A DNA stretch of 64,000 nt from an uncultured virus (IMG/VR IMGVR_UViG_3300029787_000020) (Duplodnaviria > Heunggongvirae > Uroviricota > Caudoviricetes), in the IMG/VR virus record IMGVR_UViG_3300029787_000020. The stretch is one strand, 5' to 3'. The translations under genes and the position numbers were made by a program. The first letter of the stretch is position 1. Every line of letters starts with the position of its first letter. The notes beneath the pieces were generated by a model. The model was given only the letters and a program-made list of their open reading frames with translations. It was not told where the DNA came from and searched no databases. Of the stretch, positions 9,901-17,012 are shown piece after piece.

Positions 9901-11419
9901 ATTAGAGGTAACTTCTGGTATTGCCACCATAACTGATACCTTAAAGGTAGGAACTGGTATTACTGCTCATGCTGGTGTTATAACTGCCACTAAATTTATT
10001 ATTGAAGGATCAACTGGATTTTTAAAGGCAGATGGATCTATTAATACTGGTACTTTTGCTGATGGGGCTATTTCTGATATTGTGGATGATACTACACCTC
10101 AGTTGGGTGGAGACTTAGATGGTAACAGTAAGAGTATTCACAGTATTGGTATTGCCACCATAACCGATACCTTAAAGGTAGGAACTGCCATCACTGCTCA
10201 TGCTGGTGTTATAACTGCCACTACATTTGATGGCGATCCATCAAATACAAATGCAAACTCTGCATGGTTGGTAACTGCTAAAGGTGATAGTTCTGCATAT
10301 CATTTTACAGGGCCAGGTCAAGATGGTGCAAATGATGATGATCCAGATTTATATTTGGTAAGAGGTCAGAGATATATTTTCACGCATAATGCAGGTGCTT
10401 CACATCCATTTGAAATACGATTATCTTCAGGTGGTTCAGCATATAATGATGGAGTTACAAATAATGGTGCATCATCAGGAAATATAATATTTAATGTTCA
10501 GCATGATGCACCTCCACGACTTTACTATCAATGTACAAATCACACTGGTATGGTTGGAAACATCTATATTGTAGGTGGCCCACAAGTTATATCTGGTATC
10601 ATAACTGCAACAACATTCAGTGGTTCAGGTGCATCACTCACAAGTTTACCAGCAGCAAACTTAACTGGAAATCTTCCAGCAATTAGTGGTGCTAATTTAA
10701 CTGACGTTTTAACAACCACTGGTGATGGGGCAAGTATAATTAATGGTAATATAGTTGGAACAGCATTATCAGTTAGTGGTATTTGTACTGCTGCCACATT
10801 TAAAGGCCCAAATAATGGGGGAATCGAAGCTGTATATTATGGTGATGGTAGTAATTTATCTGGTATTACTGCAGATGGTGTTGGTGCGATTGGTGGTCTT
10901 ACTGTTAAAACTGAAGGGTCTACTGTTGGAACAGCAGGAAGTATTTCTAATTTAGATTTTAGAGGTGCTGTAAATGTAATCGCCAATGAGGGTGCATCAG
11001 GAGTCGCAACAATGACTGTTGCTGGTGTTTCAACAGGTATCGGAACTTTCTCTGCATCTCCAGGTACAGCTATTAATATTGATGAAATGCAATATTATGA
11101 TTCGTCAACAACGGTTTATCCATCTATGAATTTTATGGAGTACACTGTGTATATCATGCATGATACTGGAATACAGGCACAAAAAGCACTTGTGATGTAT
11201 GATTTTGGTGCATCACCAGTCACTGGTGATCACCCTATTATACATTCAAATGAATATGCCATAATGCATTCTACCTCTTCTCCAATTGTAAGTATTGGAG
11301 CTACAATCGATCCAGCAGCTTATCCAAGTTCAAGAAAAGTTTATCTAACAGCAACTCCCACTTCTGGTGTGACTGGTTTGACTACTTTTAGAATTCTTAG
11401 AATAGGGGAAAATATGTAA
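6971..11419 (+). CDS. Long tail-fibre-like protein with internal repeats and two cupredoxin-like domains, module A gene 3
   Basis: 1482 aa G/T/S/V-rich; repeated VSGISTF, GDGSxL and DTLKVGTAITAHAGVITAT motifs. Confidence 0.85.
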   Translation: MAKYISGRVKDLKVGVSGYSESKVTLNVVGTVSANDIVIGDGSETGISSSSIKVGTAITMDAASGIISAKSFRGPSGINATFVGDGSGLTGVVGSGSGVIVYDGNDAVGTAGTINFGTNLSVSDISAGVVTVTASIPSTDNATNLLGGFARASELDVSGISTFVGVATFNNGLHVISGITTVASSLEVGSAITAYSSTGSIYANRYYGDGQYLTGIQATGNVSATNLSVTGVSTFVGVSTFNDGLIVHAGITTLSDTLEVGTGITAHAGVITATKFDGNATGLTGTPDIDVSDIVGTALSITGIATFTDAWMKPAKLEVGTGITIGTNGQAIFAGIVTATSIDVNTIVGTSLSVSGMSTFTGITTFNDIVKVGSAITMFSATGIVSATKFIGDGSQLINVSASGEGVQIRDSGNPIGAAGTINFGSSLSVDLTDSVATITGIGTQFIKSESINVSGLSTFVGLSTFNDGLIVTSGITTVGFITANDLSVSGIATATTFKGALTGDVTGTVNTASQPNITTVGTLGSLNVTGNVGIGTTIFTDAVQQSNDSVLAVGILTAYEIYSSVYGKFTGSSVTADSLVGTALSISGIGTVGDTLKVGTAITAHAGIITATKFNVYGGSSSQFLKADGTLDSTNYAGSTDSVVGTALSISGIGTVADTFKVGTAITAHAGIVTASAFAGFKYLQAPFGSTTTFTVTVASKDATHRYNGTGSSNAYLINGVQAPVLTLTPGRTYRFTNDNTGSHPFKFYYEADRTTLYTTGVNFQNSYTEITVSDTTPNVLHYQCTAHPYMGNAVITNSNVVDSPYPATLRDGLSVTGISSVGSAITMYGATGIVSATSFYGSGENLTGIDATAIKFGGVVKAQANNSGVYITGIATISDTLKVGTAITAHAGVITATTFKGALTGNADTATLATNASGLTGIPSITVQDITAEMVSIGGTLTYEDVTNIDSVGLITARKGIHVVSGAGVSIAAGGLEVTSGIATITDTLKVGTGITAHAGVITATKFIIEGSTGFLKADGSINTGTFADGAISDIVDDTTPQLGGDLDGNSKSIHSIGIATITDTLKVGTAITAHAGVITATTFDGDPSNTNANSAWLVTAKGDSSAYHFTGPGQDGANDDDPDLYLVRGQRYIFTHNAGASHPFEIRLSSGGSAYNDGVTNNGASSGNIIFNVQHDAPPRLYYQCTNHTGMVGNIYIVGGPQVISGIITATTFSGSGASLTSLPAANLTGNLPAISGANLTDVLTTTGDGASIINGNIVGTALSVSGICTAATFKGPNNGGIEAVYYGDGSNLSGITADGVGAIGGLTVKTEGSTVGTAGSISNLDFRGAVNVIANEGASGVATMTVAGVSTGIGTFSASPGTAINIDEMQYYDSSTTVYPSMNFMEYTVYIMHDTGIQAQKALVMYDFGASPVTGDHPIIHSNEYAIMHSTSSPIVSIGATIDPAAYPSSRKVYLTATPTSGVTGLTTFRILRIGENM
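7736..10228 (+). repeat. Six dispersed ~57-nt near-identical repeats (DTLKVGTAITAHAGVITAT)
   Basis: Copies start near 7736, 8753, 8945, 9611, 9935, 10166, e.g. gataccttaaaggtaggaactgccatcactgctcatgctggtgttataactgccac. Confidence 0.9.
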
Positions 11420-11420
11420 A

Positions 11421-12515
11421 ATGAAACTTGATATTACTGGACAAACATTAAAGATAACTGCAGGTATAGAAACTTCACTTAATTTTAAACCTACTTTTGC
11501 TATGGTTGATAGTAATGTAACTCCACTTCATATAGATGCTTCAAATATTTTATCCGTCAATGCAGACAATAGGATAGATGAGATGAATATGGTGGCTAAT
11601 TTAGCAGGAGTCACTACAATTTCTGGCAGTGTTGGTGTTGGTAGCACTTATCTATGCACTGGATCATCGACTGCATATAAACCAGATTGGGATTCTAATA
11701 ATGGAGGTTCTATAGAATTTGAAACTTCAAATCTTACATATACAAATAATATGAGCAATTGGGGTAAAATAGGAGTTGGTACTCCTGTGATTGGATATAA
11801 TACTTTTGATTATGGACAAAGTTACGCAGCTGAAATTTGGTGGAGGCAAACTGGTGGTAATCAGTATGGTGGTACCAATGGAAGATGGTATCAGGCATAC
11901 TATTATGGTGGTACCATTTACGGCCCTGAAACTTTATATGAATATGGTGAGTTAGGTGATTCAACCTATAGAAGAAGATATGCCCTACATATTGGGTATA
12001 ATCCAAAGCGAACTGGGAGTTCTTATTATGGTTATGATTATCCTGGATATACTCTTAATGGAGTTGCTAATTATCAGAAAAATCAATCAAATACTATAGT
12101 GGACAGATGGTACTTAGGTGCAGGACTCGGTAATGGTGCTTTAATAATTGAAAAATGGTATCATGCTCTTTGGGTCTTTGATATAGCTAATCAACTTGGA
12201 GATGGAATTAAAATATATGGATACCTTAATGGCCGCTTGTATGCGACTGAGGAACCAAGATTCCTTATAGGTAATTACAATTCAGGAGTATTACCTGATC
12301 CAATGAGTTTGGTTAATACAAATGATGATACCAATAGTATGTCTTTTGGTGGTAATCGAGATACTGCTTCGGCAGGAGCAAAGGCACCCCCATTTGGTCG
12401 TATGGGAGAGTTTAGATTATATGATAGAGCACTTACTTCAGATGAGGTTCTAGAAAATTATATGAAAACTAAAGATAGATTTGAACCTGATATAGGCCCT
12501 ATTCCAAGTTACTAA
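11421..12515 (+). CDS. LamG/ConA-like lectin-fold virion protein
   Basis: WYHALWVF, YLNG and MGEFRLYDRALTSDEVLENY C-terminal LamG signature. Confidence 0.7.
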   Translation: MKLDITGQTLKITAGIETSLNFKPTFAMVDSNVTPLHIDASNILSVNADNRIDEMNMVANLAGVTTISGSVGVGSTYLCTGSSTAYKPDWDSNNGGSIEFETSNLTYTNNMSNWGKIGVGTPVIGYNTFDYGQSYAAEIWWRQTGGNQYGGTNGRWYQAYYYGGTIYGPETLYEYGELGDSTYRRRYALHIGYNPKRTGSSYYGYDYPGYTLNGVANYQKNQSNTIVDRWYLGAGLGNGALIIEKWYHALWVFDIANQLGDGIKIYGYLNGRLYATEEPRFLIGNYNSGVLPDPMSLVNTNDDTNSMSFGGNRDTASAGAKAPPFGRMGEFRLYDRALTSDEVLENYMKTKDRFEPDIGPIPSY

Positions 12516-12537
12516 ATACTTAAAAAAAAAATAATCA

Positions 12538-13161
12538 ATGGCAACTAAAGGTTTTGGTGCAAAGGAAATAAACGTAAGTGGAGAGGTAGGAACTCCAACG
12601 ATAGAGAGTGATGGAAATTTAAATATAAACGCAGTTAATGTAGCAATTTCTACCAATGTGACTATTGGTGGAACAGTTAACTCTAATATTACTGTTGGTA
12701 CTGGTTATACTTTTCATGGAGATGGTGCTGGAATAACTGGAATGATTGGTGTCGCAACAGTAGTTTCAATTTTTTCTGGATTGATACAAGAAGACTTCAA
12801 TTTAGTAACCGATAGTTTAGATGATCAACTTGATATTAATCTTAACAATGGAATGGTTCATCTCTTTAATGATGCCAATAATGCAGTCTGTTCACCAAAT
12901 ATAATATCAAACAATGGTATCAATACTGATTTGGCTGTTGGTAAAGCAATATCGGTTATGGTTATTAGTAAACAGGATAATAGTTCATATTATGCAAATC
13001 ATGTTAAAATTGATCATGCTGATGTTGTAGAGGAATGGTTATGTGGTGTGACTCCAACTACAGGAGGTACTAGTGGTTATGATATATACACCTATAATAT
13101 TATGAAAACTGGTGATGCAGCATTTACTGTGTTTGCAAATCAAGTAAATTATACCAACTAA
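12538..13161 (+). CDS. Fibre-associated structural protein
   Basis: MATKGFGAKEIN start, FHGDGAGITG and C-terminal DIYTYNIMKT..FTVFA domain seen in cyanophage fibres. Confidence 0.7.
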   Translation: MATKGFGAKEINVSGEVGTPTIESDGNLNINAVNVAISTNVTIGGTVNSNITVGTGYTFHGDGAGITGMIGVATVVSIFSGLIQEDFNLVTDSLDDQLDINLNNGMVHLFNDANNAVCSPNIISNNGINTDLAVGKAISVMVISKQDNSSYYANHVKIDHADVVEEWLCGVTPTTGGTSGYDIYTYNIMKTGDAAFTVFANQVNYTN

Positions 13162-13166
13162 AAATT

Positions 13167-14195
13167 ATGTCACCACTGTCAGGATCTGTAGGCACAGGAG
13201 GAAATCGTACAAGTGAAGCAGTGGCATTTTTTGGAAAAATGCTTGGAGGTAATGGAAGTGCCACTGGTAGTCAATCATGGGAATATAATTACGTTACCAG
13301 CACCACTTGGACTGTTCCAGTTGGTGTTACTAGAATTAATGTTCTATGTATTGGAGGTGGAGGTGGAGGTAGTGGTTCTCGTACGTATGGTATAGATCTT
13401 TTTGCAGAAGGTAATGGAAATGGTGGAGCTGGTGGAGGTGGTGGTTCTTTAATGTATAAAACTAATTATAATGTAACTCCTGGAGACGTATTGGAAATCA
13501 CTGCTGGTAAGTTTGGGGAAGGCAGACTTGGCTCCCAAAATGGAGAAGATGGTGGAGATAGTATCGTTAAGAATGAATCACATGGTGATACCATAATATG
13601 TTCGGCAGAGGGTGGAGAAGGTGGAGGATACAGCAGTGATAGCACTTGGCCTGGTGGTACTGGTGGCTCAACATCTCAAGGTGTTGGAGACGGTGGTGGA
13701 AATGGTGGAACAGGTGGAAATGGATATACACCAACCATAGAAGATGCAGCAACAGCATGGGGCGGTGGCGGTGGTGGTGCTGGTGGATATAGTGGAAATG
13801 GTGGAAATGGTGGTCAGGGAGTTACTAGTGGGGGTTTTTATATTAGTAATAGTGCTACTGCGGGTTCTGGCGGTGGCGGTGGCGGTGGTGGAAAAGATGA
13901 ACGTTCAACAGAAGGTTACGTCATTAATTCTGGTGGTGGTGTAGGTAAAGATGGAGAGGGTTCATCCGTAGAGAGTGGTTCAGCAGGATCTAATGATAGT
14001 GCTGGTGAAGGTGGTAGTGAAGGTGCTGACGGTGGTGATGGAAGTAGTCTTTCATCAAGTTACGGTGGATTGTATGGCGGTGGCGGTGGTGCAAGAAGTA
14101 ATCATGATTCTGATGATGGTGGTGACGGTGGCGAAGGAGCAGTGATTATAATATGGGGTTGTGGTGTATCTTATCCAAAAGGTACTGCAACATAA
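13167..14195 (+). CDS. Glycine-rich adhesin-like virion protein
   Basis: TWTVPVGVTRINVLCIGGGGGG...GGEGAVIIIWG poly-Gly architecture. Confidence 0.75.
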   Translation: MSPLSGSVGTGGNRTSEAVAFFGKMLGGNGSATGSQSWEYNYVTSTTWTVPVGVTRINVLCIGGGGGGSGSRTYGIDLFAEGNGNGGAGGGGGSLMYKTNYNVTPGDVLEITAGKFGEGRLGSQNGEDGGDSIVKNESHGDTIICSAEGGEGGGYSSDSTWPGGTGGSTSQGVGDGGGNGGTGGNGYTPTIEDAATAWGGGGGGAGGYSGNGGNGGQGVTSGGFYISNSATAGSGGGGGGGGKDERSTEGYVINSGGGVGKDGEGSSVESGSAGSNDSAGEGGSEGADGGDGSSLSSSYGGLYGGGGGARSNHDSDDGGDGGEGAVIIIWGCGVSYPKGTAT

Positions 14196-14202
14196 ATTTA
14201 AG

Positions 14203-14231
14203 TTGACAATTCATAATAAATCTATTATAAT
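14203..14231 (+). promoter_or_regulatory. Perfect sigma70-type early promoter
   Basis: TTGACA (14203-14208), 17-nt spacer, TATAAT (14226-14231). Confidence 0.9.
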
Positions 14232-14237
14232 ATTCTT

Positions 14238-14339
14238 ATCTTCAATATCCTTGTAGTTTCGGGATTGAAGTTACTTCTCTGTGGTGGGAGAAGTGTGTTG
14301 GTGAAAAAACAGGGAGGATTTTTCCTCCCTTCTTTTTTT
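14238..14339 (+). ncRNA. Candidate ~100-nt small RNA
   Basis: Lies between the promoter and a terminator; hairpins CTTCAAT..ATTGAAG (14240-14270) and ACTTCTCT..GGAGAAGT (14273-14294); no ATG-initiated ORF. Confidence 0.65.
14311..14339 (+). terminator. Intrinsic terminator, possibly bidirectional
   Basis: AGGGAGGA-tttt-TCCTCCCT then TCTTTTTTT; an A-run precedes the stem. Confidence 0.85.
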
Positions 14340-14371
14340 ATAAATTACTATATCAATATTAATTAATAAAA

Positions 14372-14614
14372 ATGAATTTTGCAGTTTATTCTAAAGATGG
14401 ATGTCCATATTGTGATAAAGTAAAGGCAGTTTTAGAGTTGACAGGAAGTAAGTTTGTGGTATATAATTTAGGAGAACACTTTGATAAAAAAGAATTTTAT
14501 CAGGAATTTGGAAATGGATCAACATTTCCACAGGTAACTTGTGATTCTAAAAAATTAGGAGGTTGTGTTGAAACAATTAAATTCCTCAGAGAAAATCAAA
14601 TCATCAAAGTCTAA
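14372..14614 (+). CDS. nrdC: Glutaredoxin
   Basis: VYSKDGCPYC, TFPQV and LGGC motifs. Confidence 0.92.
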   Translation: MNFAVYSKDGCPYCDKVKAVLELTGSKFVVYNLGEHFDKKEFYQEFGNGSTFPQVTCDSKKLGGCVETIKFLRENQIIKV

Positions 14615-14786
14615 TATAAATAAAATCGACATTCCATTTAATCGTGGTGTTGACCTTATGCTTTCTGGGGGTAAAGTAAGGAGTAAAAAACTATTACATA
14701 TAATATTCAAAAAAATAATTTGTTTTTTTAATAAAGAGATAGATATTCATTTTGAATTTTCCTTATCACTAAGGAACAAAAAATAA
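14565..14786 (+). CDS. Hypothetical basic protein (start uncertain)
   Basis: NRGVDLML...EIDIHFEFSL resembles a small cyanophage ORF at this position. Confidence 0.5.
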   Translation: MLKQLNSSEKIKSSKSNINKIDIPFNRGVDLMLSGGKVRSKKLLHIIFKKIICFFNKEIDIHFEFSLSLRNKK

Positions 14787-14804
14787 CTTTAAAGGAGGTA
14801 ACAA

Positions 14805-15032
14805 ATGACCATAGAAACAATATTAGTTTTAGTGTTACCAATATCATTTTTATTATTTTGTGCAGGAGCACTCGGTGGATGGATCGCCAGAGATTATATG
14901 ATGAACTATCAGGAAATACCAAGACCTCATCCTGAAATGTTTGATGAAATGGGAAATTTAGTTCCAGATGAGGTTATAGCATTCAGATTTGAAAACAATT
15001 ATGACACAGAAAACAGCGACGAAGACTACTAA
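14805..15032 (+). CDS. Conserved small membrane protein
   Basis: SD AAGGAGGT; TM segment followed by HPEMFDEMGNLVPDEVIAFRF. Confidence 0.8.
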   Translation: MTIETILVLVLPISFLLFCAGALGGWIARDYMMNYQEIPRPHPEMFDEMGNLVPDEVIAFRFENNYDTENSDEDY

Positions 15033-15597
15033 AAAATCAAAAAGTTTTACGGTTAAATCTAATCTAGATTTACCATCTAATCCATTAGTATTTGAAGTTT
15101 TTGATTTGGTATCAAAACAAAGATCTAAAGCTAAAAAAGTGGAAGTTTTGAGAAAATATGATGATCAATCAATAAGAAGAATTCTTATATGGAATTTTGA
15201 TACATCTATACAATCAATACTTCCCGAAGGGGAAGTTCCTTATGAAGGATATGATGAACAGAATACTTATAGTGGAACACTTTCCACAAAAATTTCTGAA
15301 CAAGTTCGTGCCATGCATACTAAAGGAAATTTTTCATTAGGTGTTAGTGATGTTCAAGGTCATACTACCATTCGTAGAGAATCTAAACATTTTTATAGAT
15401 TTGTTCAAGGTGGTGATAATACATTGAATTCTATCCGTCGTGAAACAATGTTCATTAATATTTTACAAGGTCTTCATCCTTTGGAAGCTGAAATTATTAT
15501 TCTTACTAAAGATAAAAAATTATCTGATAAGTATAATATTACGAGAGAGAATGTTGAAGAAGCATATCCAAACATTATATGGAGTGATAAAAAATGA
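15001..15597 (+). CDS. Conserved T4-like cyanophage protein
   Basis: WNFD..ILPEGEVPY, RRETMFINILQGLHPLEAE motifs; ATG at 15001. Confidence 0.8.
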   Translation: MTQKTATKTTKKSKSFTVKSNLDLPSNPLVFEVFDLVSKQRSKAKKVEVLRKYDDQSIRRILIWNFDTSIQSILPEGEVPYEGYDEQNTYSGTLSTKISEQVRAMHTKGNFSLGVSDVQGHTTIRRESKHFYRFVQGGDNTLNSIRRETMFINILQGLHPLEAEIIILTKDKKLSDKYNITRENVEEAYPNIIWSDKK

Positions 15598-15797
15598 GTT
15601 TAGCAAGACCAATAGAAGAATCACTTAGAGCAGCTCAAGAACATCTAAGAGATGCTTTAGCATTTGCAGCACGTGGTGAGAAACCATACGTATCAAAACA
15701 TATTGCTGATTTTTTAGCGGATATTGATAATCTTATTGATGCTCATGAGATAATAGAAAAAATAAATGAATTTAGTAAAAAAGAGGATGAAAAATGA
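15594..15797 (+). CDS. Hypothetical cyanophage protein
   Basis: EESLRAAQEHLRDALAFAARGEKP; ATGA coupling. Confidence 0.75.
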   Translation: MSLARPIEESLRAAQEHLRDALAFAARGEKPYVSKHIADFLADIDNLIDAHEIIEKINEFSKKEDEK

Positions 15798-16141
15798 CAG
15801 TTACAAAAGAAACTAAAAGTAAACAAAAAAAATGTTTTTGGTCAAAAGAAGAGAAAGAAACATCAAAAGAAGTTTATGGAACTGAAATTCTAATTGAGAA
15901 TGGTACACTCGACGAAGTAATGACCACTGATGCACCAACAGATGCGTCTGTCGTGACATATGAAATAGGTGGCACTGTTCATCGTGACCTAACAAGAGGT
16001 TCAAGAGCAAAATTGTTTGATATGTATTACGATAAGTTTAAAATGGGTTTGAAGATCATCGATTATGGTAAAGGTGGTATCAAACCAAACCTTTGGGGTT
16101 ATCGATCACCCACATCACCCAAAAAGAAAAGAAAGTCTTAG
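15794..16141 (+). CDS. Hypothetical cyanophage protein
   Basis: DLTRGSRAKLFDMYYDKF..IDYGKGGIKPNLWG; ATGA coupling. Confidence 0.75.
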   Translation: MTVTKETKSKQKKCFWSKEEKETSKEVYGTEILIENGTLDEVMTTDAPTDASVVTYEIGGTVHRDLTRGSRAKLFDMYYDKFKMGLKIIDYGKGGIKPNLWGYRSPTSPKKKRKS

Positions 16142-16166
16142 GCCACCAAAATCAGCTTTTGATTCC

Positions 16167-16201
16167 AAAATATCCCGACAAAAAATCGGGGTATTTTTTT
16201 T
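16167..16201 (+). terminator. Intrinsic terminator insulating the riboswitch unit
   Basis: AAAATATCCCGA-caaaaaa-TCGGGGTATTTT plus T-run. Confidence 0.65.
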
Positions 16202-16214
16202 AGCCACAGGATTT

Positions 16215-16230
16215 TGTATCAGAAAATACA
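16215..16230. promoter_or_regulatory. NtcA-type box
   Basis: TGTA-tcagaaaa-TACA matches GTA-N8-TAC with flanking T/A; just upstream of a -35. Confidence 0.6.
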
Positions 16231-16237
16231 TAAGTGC

Positions 16238-16266
16238 TTGACTATATACTGTACATGTGTTATTAT
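16238..16266 (+). promoter_or_regulatory. sigma70-type promoter
   Basis: TTGACT, 17 nt, TATTAT with TGn extension; predicted start ~16273, right at the first aptamer. Confidence 0.75.
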
Positions 16267-16273
16267 TAACACA

Positions 16274-16323
16274 ATCGTTCATCCTGATACATTCAGGACG
16301 CAAGTAAGCCGACTCGGAACGGG
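16274..16323 (+). ncRNA. Glutamine-II (Downstream-peptide) riboswitch aptamer 1
   Basis: CGTTCA-TCCTGA[tacat]TCAGGA-CGCAA..CCGACT..GGAACGG; P1 CGTTC/GAACG; upstream of a DUF4278 peptide. Confidence 0.75.
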
Positions 16324-16325
16324 TT

Positions 16326-16515
16326 CGTTCATCCTCATGTATAGCATTTTAATGAAATTAGTATTACTCGGTGCTCCACTTAATTGTGCAGATGCCAATG
16401 AGTTGCTATCTTTGGTTAGACCCTTTGACCCTAACAGGTTAGAGATGGTTAGAGTAATTGTTGCACATACTGATCCAGTATGTTTTGAGGACGCAAAAGA
16501 CGACTGAAGGAACGG
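16326..16515 (+). ncRNA. Glutamine-II riboswitch aptamer 2 with a 148-nt insertion in the P2 loop
   Basis: CGTTCA-TCCTCA[148 nt]TGAGGA-CGCAA..CGACT-GAAGGAACGG; same scaffold as aptamer 1 with a compensatory G-C to C-G change in P2. Confidence 0.65.
16337..16507 (+). CDS. 56-aa ORF nested in aptamer 2
   Basis: MYSILMKLVLLGAPLNCADANELL...DPVCFEDAKDD*; ATG at the top of the P2 5' arm and TGA inside the aptamer 3' core. Confidence 0.6.
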   Translation: MYSILMKLVLLGAPLNCADANELLSLVRPFDPNRLEMVRVIVAHTDPVCFEDAKDD

Positions 16516-16575
16516 AAACACGGATCACCCTCACGGGTTAAAGGTGAAAATTCCAATTACTTTAGGAGAAAACTA

Positions 16576-16686
16576 ATGGCAAAAGTCACTTATCGTGGTG
16601 TTGTATATGACACCAACAACAAAAAAGCTCAGCAAACAAAAGAGGTCGAACTCACATATCGTGGTATCGCTCACACATCTAAGTAA
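16576..16686 (+). CDS. DUF4278-family small peptide (36 aa)
   Basis: SD AGGAG; MAKVTYRGVVYDTNNKKAQQTKEVELTYRGIAHTSK with two TYRG motifs; below the ORF-track size cutoff. Confidence 0.85.
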   Translation: MAKVTYRGVVYDTNNKKAQQTKEVELTYRGIAHTSK

Positions 16687-16778
16687 TGTTAGTTACCGCA
16701 GAAATTTTAGCAGCATCTGCTATATTTCTAACTATCATTTACGCTGAAGCTAGATTCTTGTATGGATACAAGTTCTAA
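16686..16778 (+). CDS. 30-aa hydrophobic micropeptide
   Basis: TAATG coupling to DUF4278; MLVTAEILAASAIFLTIIYAEARFLYGYKF; ends just before a terminator. Confidence 0.6.
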   Translation: MLVTAEILAASAIFLTIIYAEARFLYGYKF

Positions 16779-16783
16779 ATTGT

Positions 16784-16811
16784 AAGGAGGGGTTGTTACC
16801 CTCCTTTTTTT
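16784..16811 (+). terminator. Intrinsic terminator
   Basis: AAGGAGGG-gttgtta-CCCTCCTT plus T-run; TGnTATAAT promoter element follows immediately. Confidence 0.85.
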
Positions 16812-16841
16812 GTGTTATAATATATAAAATAAAAATTTTTT

Positions 16842-17012
16842 ATGGATAAAGATAAATTAAAGTTGATTGTCCGTAACTTAGAATTATTAGTTGATTCTTT
16901 AAAGGCAGAGGTGTATTCTGATGTTGATGCTTATAAAAGTTCAAAAACATATGATTCCTCTATATCGAGTTATGATGAGGTTTATGATGACGACGACGGG
17001 TATCCAGACTAA
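16842..17012 (+). CDS. Conserved small cyanophage protein (56 aa)
   Basis: MDKDKLKLIVRNLELLVDSLKAEVYSD...YDDDDGYPD. Confidence 0.75.
   Translation: MDKDKLKLIVRNLELLVDSLKAEVYSDVDAYKSSKTYDSSISSYDEVYDDDDGYPD

Noticed and set aside
14238..14310. tRNA gene
   Set aside because: No cloverleaf, TTC-containing T-arm in the right position, or acceptor stem; no tRNA was recognised anywhere in the window
16214..16336. N-terminal 41 codons of track ORF 16214..16507
   Set aside because: They span the NtcA box, promoter and aptamer 1 and begin upstream of the predicted TSS; ATG 16337 is more plausible
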